64,000 nt of DNA, from the NCBI GenBank assembly GCA_040954595.2, contig CM082584.2, positions 8,447,146-8,511,145 on the forward strand, in the 5' to 3' direction. The position numbers were made by a program, and so were the translations under genes. Below the pieces are notes generated by a model. The model was not told the origin of the DNA. It did no database searches and worked only from the letters and a program-made list of their open reading frames with translations. This document shows positions 13,374 through 24,997 of the stretch, in pieces. The first letter of the stretch is position 1, and each line of letters opens with the position of its first letter. The DNA comes from Balanoglossus misakiensis (taxonomy: Eukaryota; Animalia; Hemichordata).

Positions 13374-14051
13374 CTAATTTTGTAACACCGTCGCCACGAC
13401 CACCTTAATAAACGCGGTGTCCTCCTTCACGAATGCTGTATCTTTGTTCTCCAGAAGACTCTTGGGCATAAACAGTGGCCACGCATGCTCACTGCTCATC
13501 TCACAAGTAGGGCGTTCAAAATGTTGGGAAAGCGGGTCGGGTTGGAATGTTTCTACCATGTGTTGTCCGTCGGCCTGGTTCAACCACGCCACGGTCACTC
13601 GAGGCTGGAACGGCCACGCCAGGATGGCGTCGTATTCTCCTTTCATCACGACGAAAACCACCGACGCGTGGGTACCCTTGCCTGCACCGTCACCATTCAG
13701 GTAAATGCGCGCGCGCATCTTGTAGCCAAAACGATTGGTGAAGAAACACGGAGAATCGATGATGGCATCCGATGGAGCCTGTCCCATGATAGCTTGGCGT
13801 CTTTTCCTGGAAAAATCCGAAATCCTCCACACCAGGACTCCGTCGTAACTGGTCACTTCGAGAAATCGTAAACGAAAAGCCTGCTTTGTCAAAATTTCAT
13901 CCTGCTGGAAAATCCTTTCCTCCTGCTCCTTCAACCGTTCCTGCAGTAGTCGTATTCGTTCCTGGGAGGACAGCTCTTTTCCGTTCGGTTCACTCGTTTC
14001 GGCCCGCCTTTCGCTCCGATGGCCGTTCGTGTTGTTCAATTTTGTCGGCAT
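13374..14051 (-). CDS. TRAF-family adaptor with coiled coil + MATH/TRAF-C only (TRAF2/3-like, no RING or zinc fingers seen)
   Basis: Single long exon: coiled coil (ERIRLLQERLKEQEERI), then YDGVLVWRISDF, SPCFFT..GYKMRARIYLNGDGAGKGTH, MKGEYDAILAWPF and FVKEDTAFIKVVV. First ATG after the acceptor at 14089 is 14051 (225 aa). A candidate upstream exon donor lies at 14660. Confidence 0.9.
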   Translation of the reverse strand: MPTKLNNTNGHRSERRAETSEPNGKELSSQERIRLLQERLKEQEERIFQQDEILTKQAFRLRFLEVTSYDGVLVWRISDFSRKRRQAIMGQAPSDAIIDSPCFFTNRFGYKMRARIYLNGDGAGKGTHASVVFVVMKGEYDAILAWPFQPRVTVAWLNQADGQHMVETFQPDPLSQHFERPTCEMSSEHAWPLFMPKSLLENKDTAFVKEDTAFIKVVVATVLQN

Positions 14052-14316
14052 TACGTTCCGGTTCAACGGTTGTTCCCAGTCAGTTTTTCTGATACAGATA
14101 AGTAAAAGCGACAGGAAGAATTTATTTAAAACATGTAGGCAAAAAGACAACACTTTTCTGGATATCAGCATTTTTATGTTGGTATGTCAAAAGTAGACAG
14201 TATTACAAATCTTGTTGTTGCGAAATTCATTGTGTCAAAGGTAATGAATGACTGCCGTGCAGTAAAATCATTTCACCCTTTCTCCAGATTCCTGATGTGC
14301 ATACGTCACTTGGCAA

Positions 14317-14326
14317 GGGACTTCCC
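14317..14326 (+). promoter_or_regulatory. Candidate NF-kB site
   Basis: GGGACTTCCC matches the GGGRNWYYCC consensus and lies about 230 bp upstream of the TRAF coding exon. A single motif match only. Confidence 0.3.
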
Positions 14327-16239
14327 CGACCGCCAACCATGCACATGCGCAATGTACGGGAAAAGTAATGTCGCTGTCATGCCAGTCTTTGTCAACAACA
14401 AATTAACATTCAGCGTACCATATGGTGACACTGTTTGCCTAATCTACTTAGTGTAGTCTTAAAAAATGTATTCTTACTCCAAGATAACAGAGTTATAGTG
14501 AATGTATCGAAACCGTGGAGCGTTGCGTTTTCTCGTGCCAGTTTAAATGATCTTGGGGATCAGAGCCCGGTGTCTGGTCGAGTTAACCGGCGTGGTTGCC
14601 CAGGGCAGAGAAATACAATGGGCTGGAAAAAGTCAAACATTTTAAGTGAATGGCCGTACCTCTGTCTTGTCTCCAGTCTGCTACTGAACCCGGGTGCACT
14701 GTTCTCCAGATATTTTTCGCAAACTCCGCTGTGGTCAATGTGAGACTGGTATTAATATATTGTGGCCGAAATGCCAGGCCTCCGTCACACCCCCAATTTT
14801 AACCAATCACGTCGTAGTATCCGAGGGTGTGTCACTATTCGTGTCCAATCATCGCACGTTAGTGATCACGTCACGTTGGCAAGGCCGTTTGCAGATTTAG
14901 ATGCGAGGCCACAGCAGGGTTGACGACAAGTCTCATTGTATACCTTCGCTAAGACCTGGAGTCTTGGCTTTTCGAATGTGCCCCATGATGTTTCCGGGAT
15001 AAAATCGCAAGTCACTCCATCCCTGAGACACGCCAGTTCGGTGTCACTTTGGCAGATATTGGGCACCCGCGGTAATCTGGCTGGTTGCGTAGTAACACGG
15101 CGTAACGTTTTATATTGAAAATGGTCAGAACCTCATTCTTTCTCTTCGCAACTACACTGAAAATGTGGTTGCTTGACTTAAGTTGTAAATCATTGATACT
15201 TACTTCTAATGGATATTTCCAAGATATTTAAGAGTTTTAATTCAAAATGAATAGGCTAAAGCATTCATTGGTAAAACTCAATTATCCTTACACCAGACAC
15301 GACAAACCTATTCAAAGTACAGATATTGTATTTTCCTCTCTGGCAAACGCTATTCATTTCTCCAAATTGATGCGTTCAAAACATATATAGCCAACGCAGT
15401 GGGGAAATTGACGAAGTCCGGCCCTTGTAACAAGATATGGTTTCCAGAAATAGAATATACATGACCTGCTCTTCTTTTTTCACTCGTAAATTTCCAGTTC
15501 AATCCGTGACAGAGGTACCATATCCTAAATACGGAGATGACGTGCAATCATTTGCACATGTTCACATTTATTCTCATAGAGGTTGCCGAGGTTTGACCTC
15601 TGAACAGGTCCTGACCCTGTTACCTCAAAAACCACTGGACTGGAAACTGAATTTGCAATGACAAGAAAAAAACAGCGGTACTTAGCGGTTTCTATGCGTA
15701 AAGCCGCTTTCCCGTATAGTGACTTTAAAAGGCGGCGGAGTTTTGGCCTGAATTGTATGATATAATTTGTTCTTACCCCTTATCCGAATGCTAATTGGAT
15801 GGAAGGCGGCAGCTGATATATCAAGTTTTCTCGAAGTGATAAACTCCTAACTAATAAACATTGGTTTCCATAGTTACAATGGTGGTCGACTTCACATGTA
15901 ATTATCTCGAAAGATACTTCCACAGACTGTTCGTTCCCCCAAGTAAACCATATTAATGTGAACTCATATATCTAAGCTTACTAAATATGCCATCAGTCAT
16001 GTTCCTCAGCTTTTTAAATGCATGACTGATTTATAACATTAAGTGAGCATGATGAGAGACTTTGGCGCAACTAATTAAACAATTTTACATGACATTAATT
16101 GTTTCATCTAGACAATAATGGCAAGTAACACGTCTTTGAAGAAAAGTTGACCTGTCATCGAAAATTGTCACATTTTCAAATAAGTCTTAAAATCGTTTTT
16201 TTCTGTCTCGGTGTAGGCCCGCCTATTATGCAGACCACA

Positions 16240-19200
16240 CTAGAATACCCCGTGCACGGATGCCGTGAATGTGCTCAGATGGTTACACAGACACAGAGTG
16301 GAGCTCATGTTGGATTTTGGCGACACCTGCAAAGAAATACAATCTCATTAATTGTCTGGGTGATCAATTAATTGCTAACGAGTGTTTTTATATGTCAACG
16401 ACCACACCTACGTTCATCTACCAATCGGCAGATTAATCATTGGCAACCAATTACTTTCCTCGAAAATGTCATTTTTTGTTTACTCATCAAAGAGACTCAA
16501 TAATAATTCAACAATGATTCAACGCCGAATATACTGCATTTGGTCAAACATTTCTGTTCCGTTTGAATACTAGTAGTTCTAATAAACGTCCTTTGAATCA
16601 GTCAACATTTTTTATCTGGTGAACATTTTTAACGTATTCCAAGAAATTTATGCTGTGTGGTTATTTTCTAAGTGTCTTGACCAAATTTAGCAAAACTGCC
16701 TTTCAGCTAATGGAGATTTAACATCACTTTTCAAGCGTCTCACCTTACATCCATCGTTCTCCCATGCGTCGGCGTTTGCAACTGAATAACTGCATCCGTG
16801 TTGAGTAGTCTCTACTTTGAAAACAACGCCGTGATCTGTTATAATAATAAATTATACATGTGTGAGTGTGTGTGTGTGTGATGGTGTTAGTTCATACACG
16901 AAAATATGTCTCAAGCAATTAATAAAAATACCCCTTTTAATTTGCTACCTTGAAGTGCTTTTAAATATATAGAGTAAACTGGTACATACTGTACTTCAAG
17001 TCGAACGTCATATAAATATTTCCCGTTTTGGTGACATTTTCTTCGGGTAGGAATATGCTAGCAACAGTCCCATCAAACACCAACTCTCTTGTGAAGTGAA
17101 AACCACCGTCAGCTGCAGCGCTGGCGTTGACAGTCATCTCAGATGACACAGAGGCCGTCGTGTTTTCATAGACAGGCGCTGACGCTTCCAAACTGATCTT
17201 CAGTGCATGGTACTTTGTGAACGCCTGGATGTTACAAAGGACAAAAATGGCAGTCCGTGTAGAAGTTTGTTCACTCATGGCAAAATGAGATTTTTGTCAA
17301 TAGATCAGCTGGTGGGTAGGATTTGATTTGCGGTGGCATGAAGCTTGGGGGGGGGGGGGGGTCATAAGCCTTTACCTGAACGGCACAGCTATAATGAGTT
17401 ACACCTTCGGGTTCAACAAACACTCCAGCCAAAACAGTTTCATTCAGTGCCTCTTGATAATTTCCCAACCATATACCGATGTCTTCAGTGACGTTTTGCA
17501 CTGAAAAAAAATTAAATAAAAAAATAACTTGCAGCATTAATTCGCGTTCAGCAACAGCAAAACTGACAAGAATGGCTACAACGCAAATTGTCAGAATTAG
17601 TGACATAATTCGTACCGCTTATCTCTTGGCCGACGTCGTCTTTGAACCAAATGGTCAACATGTCAGTTGCAAAGCGGTGCGCCGTTATATTTGTCTGAGC
17701 ATGAGGACTGCCACCAAACCGAAACATCTGAAGGAAAAGAGAATTGCCAACACATATTATCAAGACCACACAGAATTTCATCAACTGTTTGCAAACAACA
17801 TTTTTGCAGTAACCATTCTCAGTACAAACAAATATAGGGGAGAGAGGATAGAGAAACAAACAAGGAAATAACAGAAAGAAAGAGGGGAGAATTAAAGAGA
17901 AAGACGAAGAGATGAGGTAACGGGGGGGGGGGGGGCAGATATTGTAACAAGTCTTACCATTCTATATTTTACGTCATTAATTGGCAGATTCGGAAACATA
18001 ATCTCTGCCGGCGGGAGAACAAAGCCACTGCCGTCCCCGACCAGGATCTCAGTATTGCAGAGATTTTGCAGGGAGCTCTTCCGAAGATGTAACATCAAAG
18101 AATCAGTTTTCACAACAATTGTGCCATTGTCACCGGCCTTGGCGAATATACACATCGCCAGATCATCGGCTATTTTCTCTATACGCGCAGTTTCATCAGT
18201 CGGATCACTTTCGTGAAACACGATCTCCATTACACTTAAGATATCTGAAACAAATAACAGATCAATAAAGAACCTTCCTTCTATTGCGGACATGTCCCGT
18301 CATTTCTGTTTTAATAAGGTATACTGGTATTTATTTACTGCCAAAAAGGGACAAAATAGAATCCCACAATTCAACTTCTAACATCATTTTGATGTACTTA
18401 GCTGGTTCTGGCTTTATTTTTAAGAAAAGCGAGTATAGTAACAAAATGCTATAAGTTATCATATAGTTGAGCTTGCTAGCAGGTACATTGTCTAGACACA
18501 GTGCGACATCACACAGTCATCACTAACCTTGGACCACATCTACACGCTCCTCTAAGGAGGCATCTACCCCCGAGAGGCTTTCAGTAAGGTGTGTTAACTT
18601 CTCGATTGTGCCCATTCCCTGAAGAAATAAATGTGAAAGCGAAAATAAAAGACCATTAGTAATTAAGGCAAGGCAGTCAAAAGAATTCACATCAGCTGTA
18701 CTGTCAGCATTTCAAATCATTTTTTCTTTCCCGGGCCATACTGGCATGCAGGCGCGCATGGATAGTGAAACTGGTAACATATATTAATGGTAGAGAAAAC
18801 CATATTCACAGGGGGAAAAAACGAGAACATAAAATCATTGATTGATATCGACACAGCAGAAAGTCAAACACGCGTTATGGGCGAGGAAATATTTCTTACT
18901 CACCGAGGTTTCATTAATCGTTGTCATAATATCGGCCAACAGTTCTTGCAGATCTGTGATGGTCAGTCCGCCTTGGCAAAACAGGGAAGAGTTACTAGTA
19001 TATCATCACACCGACTTCATTTGTGACCGAAGGAGTCCGCAAAATGTAAAGTGTTGTTCAACAGTGAAATTTAGGTCTTCTAAGAAAAAGTGTCTGGTAG
19101 ACACGCAATGGGCCCTAAGTTTCATTTTTTACACCGTAACTTCAAATCGCATGATACATCGGAATGACAACTTCGAACCAAGCCAAGGAACTTACGAGTT

Positions 19201-21341
19201 TATTCATTTTTTGTCAATTGCAAATATAAGTAACTGGACGATGATGGTGTTACGACCCGCAGGCCGTCCGAGCCAAAAATATGCGCTTAATAGAGAGGCC
19301 AATTTACCTGACCGGGTGGCTTGTACAACAAACCAGTCTATTTACAGTGTTAATTTAATTGCAGATACGAGTAATATTCACAATAGGTTAACTTATATTT
19401 ACAATAAACTACAAACTAAACTCGAGCGTGACCAGGTGACCAAAACAAAATTCCTAACAAGTTCAAAGTCTCATAAACAGTTCGGTTACTCGACGCACGA
19501 CGATACTGGCCTTTCTGTCCGTTTTACGCCAGTGTACAATTAAAGACAGCCACGTATTACCTCAAATACAGTTCCGTCGTGTAGTCCACAGACAGCCACG
19601 TATTACCTCAAATGTAGTTCCACAGTGACACGGAGACGCGCTCCCTCAGGACGGCTCCCAAATTCCACGCGGCGTCCTCGAAAACATCCACCACGACTTC
19701 ACAAGTCCCTTCGGCAGTGTCAATCCTCAGCTACCACAGTAGAGAGGCACTCCGTACGGTGGGCTCCAAAAACTCCTCGACGATGCGAGACCAGAATCAA
19801 AATGAGCCACACGACAACGTGGCACTGGGTGGCTTTTATACGACCAAAACTAACACCTGGTCACGCTAATATGTTAAATAAAGAAATCAACATAGGTGCA
19901 CCTGGCCACGAAACAAAACAAATAATAAACTTCATCACAATGGCTTACCTGGTTGATCAGTTGTATCATGGTTTGTCGTTTGAGGAATGCTCGTTGTGGT
20001 TACTTTAAGATAAAAAAAAGCATTTTTAAATTTTATGCGGTCAATCGCATGCATGTGTGTTGAAAATGCTACTTCCAAATTTGCAAGCGCATTGGAGTTC
20101 GTGAGTTTAAACTTGGCACCAATGCTCATAAATTGAGACAATTCGTGCTACAATGAGAATAACCATTGAAACAACAGTGGTATGATATGAAAACGGACTT
20201 TTGAAGACAGAAATCCTTTTGCACCTTCCTTCGACCAGCTTCGTGTCAATAACCCCCAGATGCCCGCAGTATTGATGTCAATCGCTATCGCAAGATGAGT
20301 GTCAAATGAGTTTATCCTTTTTTTTATCAATTACGAATATACGTGAATGGGCAATGGCTTACCTTGTACATCAGTTGTAGCATAGTTTGGCGATTCAAGA
20401 GGGACCTTCGTAGATGTTACCGCAGCTACAATAGGTCAAAATAACGCCAGAGGTCTGTGATGACTATAGTCATATATTTTGGGGTTTTCTCATTTACTTA
20501 CAGGCACACTTACAATTTTCATTTTCAGCAAACTAAAATCCATTTGATATGACGTGTTTCGTTTGCGTGCATTGTATCGTGCGCCGTATGTTCACAGAAA
20601 GTTAGTTTGCTGGAGTACACACGTTTATACAGTAACGATAAACATTATTCAGTCGAATATAGAAGATATTAGGAAACAGACAGACACGTACATACACTTG
20701 CATATAAAATAACCTTCGTCATGAATTACAAAAGGTGCCTGAAATTAATTACCTGTGCCACAGTACAATTCATCACTGTTGTCATTACAGTCCTCAATCC
20801 CATCACAGAAGAAAGAGCCTGGGAAGCACTCGTATCCATTGTTGCAATAACGTTCACATGGAGGGGAGCTTACAGATGAAGCTAATGGATAAAAAGTAGT
20901 CAGCATACTTTGAAGGCTAACAAATAATACATTATTTCTATACAATATTGGTAATTTTGCTCTGGTTTGAACAAAATCGAAAGAGATCAGCCAAGCATAC
21001 CCTCACACCGAACTGTAAGAGCAACTGGGCGGCCGGTTGTGAAGAAAATGTGTGACAAAAAGCACTAAAGAAAAAGTCCTAAAAAGGGGCGCCGTTCTTA
21101 GGTGCATGAAGAGCTCAGTACAGGCTCCTGTAAATTTCTGAATTTCTCTCCAGTTACGACGGTTAATTGTTTTTTGGAAACTGACTACGCATACTATTGT
21201 AAAGCTTGAACATTTTTCCCCGGGGTATTGTACTCAACATCAAGAATATTGCGAATTTGTTTCCAATCTTCAGTAGAACGTGCGAGGCTGACTTACAGAG
21301 TTATAACATGGTTTCACATAGTACAGACTAGCAAAGTACAT
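16240..21341 (-). CDS. LDLa + Thr-rich stalk + polycystin-1-like GAIN/GPS protein with no transmembrane region (~480-490 aa)
   Basis: Phase-consistent exons 21341-21297 (uncertain), 21064-21001, 20881-20753 (LDLa: [33 protein letters not shown]), 20425-20363, 20002-19949, [19337-19308 optional], 18971-18904, 18618-18528, 18244-17958, 17727-17616, 17500-17376, 17224-16990, 16835-16744 (GCSYS...WENDGCK) and 16326-16240 ([28 protein letters not shown]). [17 protein letters not shown] resembles PKD1L/REJ-family GAIN regions. Confidence 0.8.
19248..19915. mobile_element. Possible solo LTR or other repeat insertion in an intron
   Basis: TGTTACG...CGAAACA ends (TG...CA), a minus-strand TATAAAA near 19834-19840, and an internal duplication of agacagccacgtattacctcaaat at 19544 and 19590. 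No TSD found. Confidence 0.3.
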
Positions 21342-21809
21342 CAGTATATTAACATCACCAATTCGCACATCAAAATGAGAAAATTTTGAAATAACCCTGG
21401 TGGCACACTCCGAAATGGACATCGTCTTGATAATATCAATATCGATATTATAGGTTCAATTTCCATCTTACCTGCCCGTAGTAAAGCCATTACGGCAAGG
21501 AAAAATTTTAAACCCCGAAATGGGAACTGCTTGCCGCGTTGTTTCTGCATCCTTCACAATGCGCGTGGCTGCAGTTGGGAAAGGACTATTAAACCTAATT
21601 AGAAAGAGTCATTACGCAGCTTTTTTTTTTACTGTGGTGGCAGTATATTCAATTAAAGAAATTTTTAGCGCGAGATTTAAAGGTCTATTGTTATGGTCTC
21701 ATGATTGGGTTGTGCACGTGGACGCCATGGGTCATATAATTACAAATATTGTCGGTGCAAACGATGCGAACGACCCCAAAAACACGTAGACAGCAGCTGG
21801 TAGCGTATT

Positions 21810-22025
21810 GACTGCGCATGTGCGAAGAGAAGAAAGCGAATTGGATTACTCGGCCACAGCCAGCTGGCTACTGAATGCGTATTTTACTCAGGCGTACATG
21901 TCCCCGTTGAAAGTGACGCGTCTTGCTTAGTCACGTGAGACGCGGTGTTCAGCGAAATATTCCTTCACCCTCCTTCACCCCCCTTTCATAATGGTGGCGT
22001 CATAAAAACTTCGAACCAATCAGAT
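21810..22025. promoter_or_regulatory. Divergent promoter region between the GAIN gene and the PH-like gene
   Basis: NRF1-like tgcgcatgtgc (~21813), E-box gtcacgtga (~21930) and CCAAT box aaccaatcag (~22014) lie between two divergently oriented start codons. Confidence 0.4.
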
Positions 22026-22205
22026 TTTAGGAACATGTTCTCTAGCGTCAAGTTGATATGGCAATAATCGAACCGAAGTAAACATACTTGCGGTGAAGAC
22101 AGTATCTACGATACCTGTGATCCACTGCTCTCCGAGGAAATTATTGTACTTTGTAGAGAAACTTGCGAATTTCAGTTTGTTTATCCGGTCTCGCTATTGA
22201 CGAAA

Positions 22206-22465
22206 ATGTCGGACCAAATATTCACATATCTTAATCCAGCAAATGTTGACATGATCTCAAAACATTTCAAGGTACGTGAGTAACGTGTATAAAACATTCT
22301 CTCCATCTTTCCGATTAGCTTTTTATCGTGTCGCGGTGGTACTTTTATACTAGATGTTTTGGCCAACTCGCGACGAAACCATTGCACCGGAAAAATCGAT
22401 CAGAATTATCACAGTTGCAGTCTATCAGAACAGATGCCTTTATCGTTAAATTCAGCATTTTGTGT

Positions 22466-22555
<90 letters not shown>

Positions 22556-24590
22556 CAGCTTGGAAATGTTATTTATGAAGGTACAGTCAAAATCAAACAA
22601 CCAAGGCATTCCAGGAGATGGAAGAAGTACACTATCCAACTAACATATCCATTTTACGTCACCCTAGCAGACAAACGTCGCAAAGTAAGTGTACAATACT
22701 AAATTTTTAAAACATTTCACTTTAAAGAACTGTTGTTATTCTTAATGCAGAAAGAATTCAGACTGTATAAACACAATATTTGACGCATCGGTCATTGACA
22801 AACTGTAATATTGCTTATGATACCAATCTCCTTTTATTTTTATTTTTATTTTTATTTTACAGAGGAGCAAAGTCCTGAAACCACAGCCTTACAGGTTAGA
22901 GGAGATTGAAGAAAGACCTCTCCCTGAGTCCAGAAAAATTAAGAAGAAACATTTGAAATTCCGACTTACGTCCACTGATCCTAAACAGGTAATTTGTACA
23001 TTTGTACACATTATTATAGCACCTTGTGTCGTCAATCAATTAATGAAGCAGAAGTTTATTAAGTTACTGATATACAGTATCTTGTTTTATTTGTGAACAG
23101 AACATGAAAGTTCAGTGTATGGACTTGGAACAATATCGGGCCCTGACTATATCACTCACTTGCATGATAGACATGTACAAGTTTACGGAGCTGCAGAACA
23201 TGAGATCCAAACAGAGGATGGGTGTGGTGGATGCTGCAGACAGCCATCTTGATGACGACCAGGACTGCTGCAGTCTTGCATCGTTCATGACGACATCGTC
23301 ATTTGACTGCTGCAGTGAGGATGAACATGGAGCTGACGAACAACAAGACTCTGACACACCAAGTCAACTACACGCTGAGAACGTCGGGCAACCGGACTCT
23401 GGTGTTTGGCCGGACCCTGATGTAGTGGACATAGTAGCTGCCATAGTGTCAGAGATTGTAAATGGTGAGGCAACGGTGAAAGAATCGCCATCCTTGTCGT
23501 GTCTGACAGAGGATGAGCCAAAGGCTGTTTTACCATCATCTCACTCCATGATATCAATGTGGTCTTACGTCAGTTGTACGGATGAGGTTCCCGACTCCGA
23601 CTACGTCACTGCTGCCGGATCCGATTCCTACAGATGCTTGGATACGCCTGACAACATTACTGCTTTATCATCTGAGTCTATCACCATGGATACAACACGA
23701 CATCTCTTGGAGAGCAAATCTGCACCAGTTCCCACCCTTGAGGACGTCACATCAGCCAAGACAAGAATCTCAGAACCAGTCCTCCAAAACAGTCAAGTGG
23801 CTGATGCAGGTTGGTAAATCTCTGATTTGTCAGTTTACATGCATGGATACATGTATGTATATACTGTCCTTCAAATTAATTCGTTTTTAATATTCCACTT
23901 CTATAACATTTACAGAGAGTATTATTCTTGAAGAACAATTTACAGATGGTGATCATCAAGTTGGTGCTGGCGGTAAGTATGATGTTACAAAACTTTGTCT
24001 TCAACAGTGAGAAAGATAACAAAGGATTTCAGAGCCTATGTGGTTCCTAAGCGATCAGTTTGTGTAGATATAACACAATTTTTGTGTGAACTGAAAAAAT
24101 GATATGTGTGCACGCAATATTACTATTTCATAACTGTGAATTATATAATTTGGAGACAGTATCAATACATCAAATTTTAGCTTTGGTTTTAACTGTACAT
24201 TGTCACACATTTTCCCCTCTGTCAAACAGATTCTGAACAGGTAGAACCTGATCAAGAACTAAGTTCTGCTGAGTGTGATGTCCAGGGTCAGGGGTCAACT
24301 GCAGACAAAGAAGCAGACTCAGACACTGAAGACCAGACTGGACATTACACATCGACTATCTGGAGAATATTTGGTTGGTTTGCCGGCTTTTTAAAGAAAT
24401 GTAAGTTAAGTGGGTTGTGTGTGTGTGTATTTTTTCTCAAGGATACGCTCGGACATTTGATTTGTATAATTCTGCTAGATTGTAGATTGGATTTTGTTCA
24501 AATAACGTTATCGAATTCCTACAGTGTTACTCAGTCTGACAACGCATAAATATACCTGATTGTTTCATTTTCTCTCTTCATTATACAGAA
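22206..24590 (+). CDS. Uncharacterised protein (~418 aa): N-terminal PH-like domain, long acidic Ser/Thr-rich region, C-terminal amphipathic helix
   Basis: Exons 22206-22271, 22559-22684, 22863-22988, 23101-23809, 23916-23972, 24230-24400, 24589-24590 (stop codon T|AA split by an intron). VIYEGTVKIKQPRHSRRWKKYTIQL resembles PH beta1-beta2. The protein ends STIWRIFGWFAGFLKK. Confidence 0.7.
22468..22552 (+). repeat. (CT)n microsatellite forming the polypyrimidine tract of intron 1
   Basis: About 42 perfect CT units ending a few nt before the acceptor AG at 22557-22558. Confidence 0.97.
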
Positions 24591-24997
24591 TATAATTTGA
24601 ACACAACAGAGATGGTATTTGAAGAGACTATTTTCATCTTTTGTATTTTTACTATTAACTTTTGAGAAGGCGGTACTGCCATCATGATTTCATTATAAAA
24701 TTTATTGTACAAAGTCAATGTTTCATTTATAACATATGTACTTGTATTTATTCAGTATTTATATTAAATATTAAAATAAGACTTGTTGTTGTTGTTGTTG
24801 TTTTTTAACCCAGAGGAGAGGGGTACCCCAGCAAAGGGGCTAGGTCACCAAGACTACAATATAATGTGACCAAGCACCTCACTAAGTTTTATTTGTAGTC
24901 CCAGTATCCCCTGAAGGTCAATGTTGGTTTGGTAGTGACACAAAATGGGGATATATCAGCAAACATGAAATATTCACTTGATAGAGTCTATTAGACG

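Noticed and set aside
15770-15850. Possible downstream exon continuing the GAIN gene (EFITSRKLDISAAAFHPISIRIR)
   Set aside because: Not hydrophobic and not PKD/7TM-like, and the GPS exon has no good donor before its stop codon.
18842-19543. 233-aa plus-strand ORF
   Set aside because: Antisense to the GAIN gene, spans intron/repeat sequence, has a non-ATG start and shows no recognisable domain.
21001-21107. Apparent frameshift in a signal-peptide-like start ([16 protein letters not shown]...) of the GAIN gene, suggesting a pseudogene or homopolymer error
   Set aside because: An alternative in-frame model (exon 21341-21297 spliced to the acceptor at 21064) needs no frameshift. This cannot be decided without reads, so it is not called a pseudogene.
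22328-22702. ORFs with poly-RE / poly-SL tracts
   Set aside because: Translations of the intronic (CT)n microsatellite.
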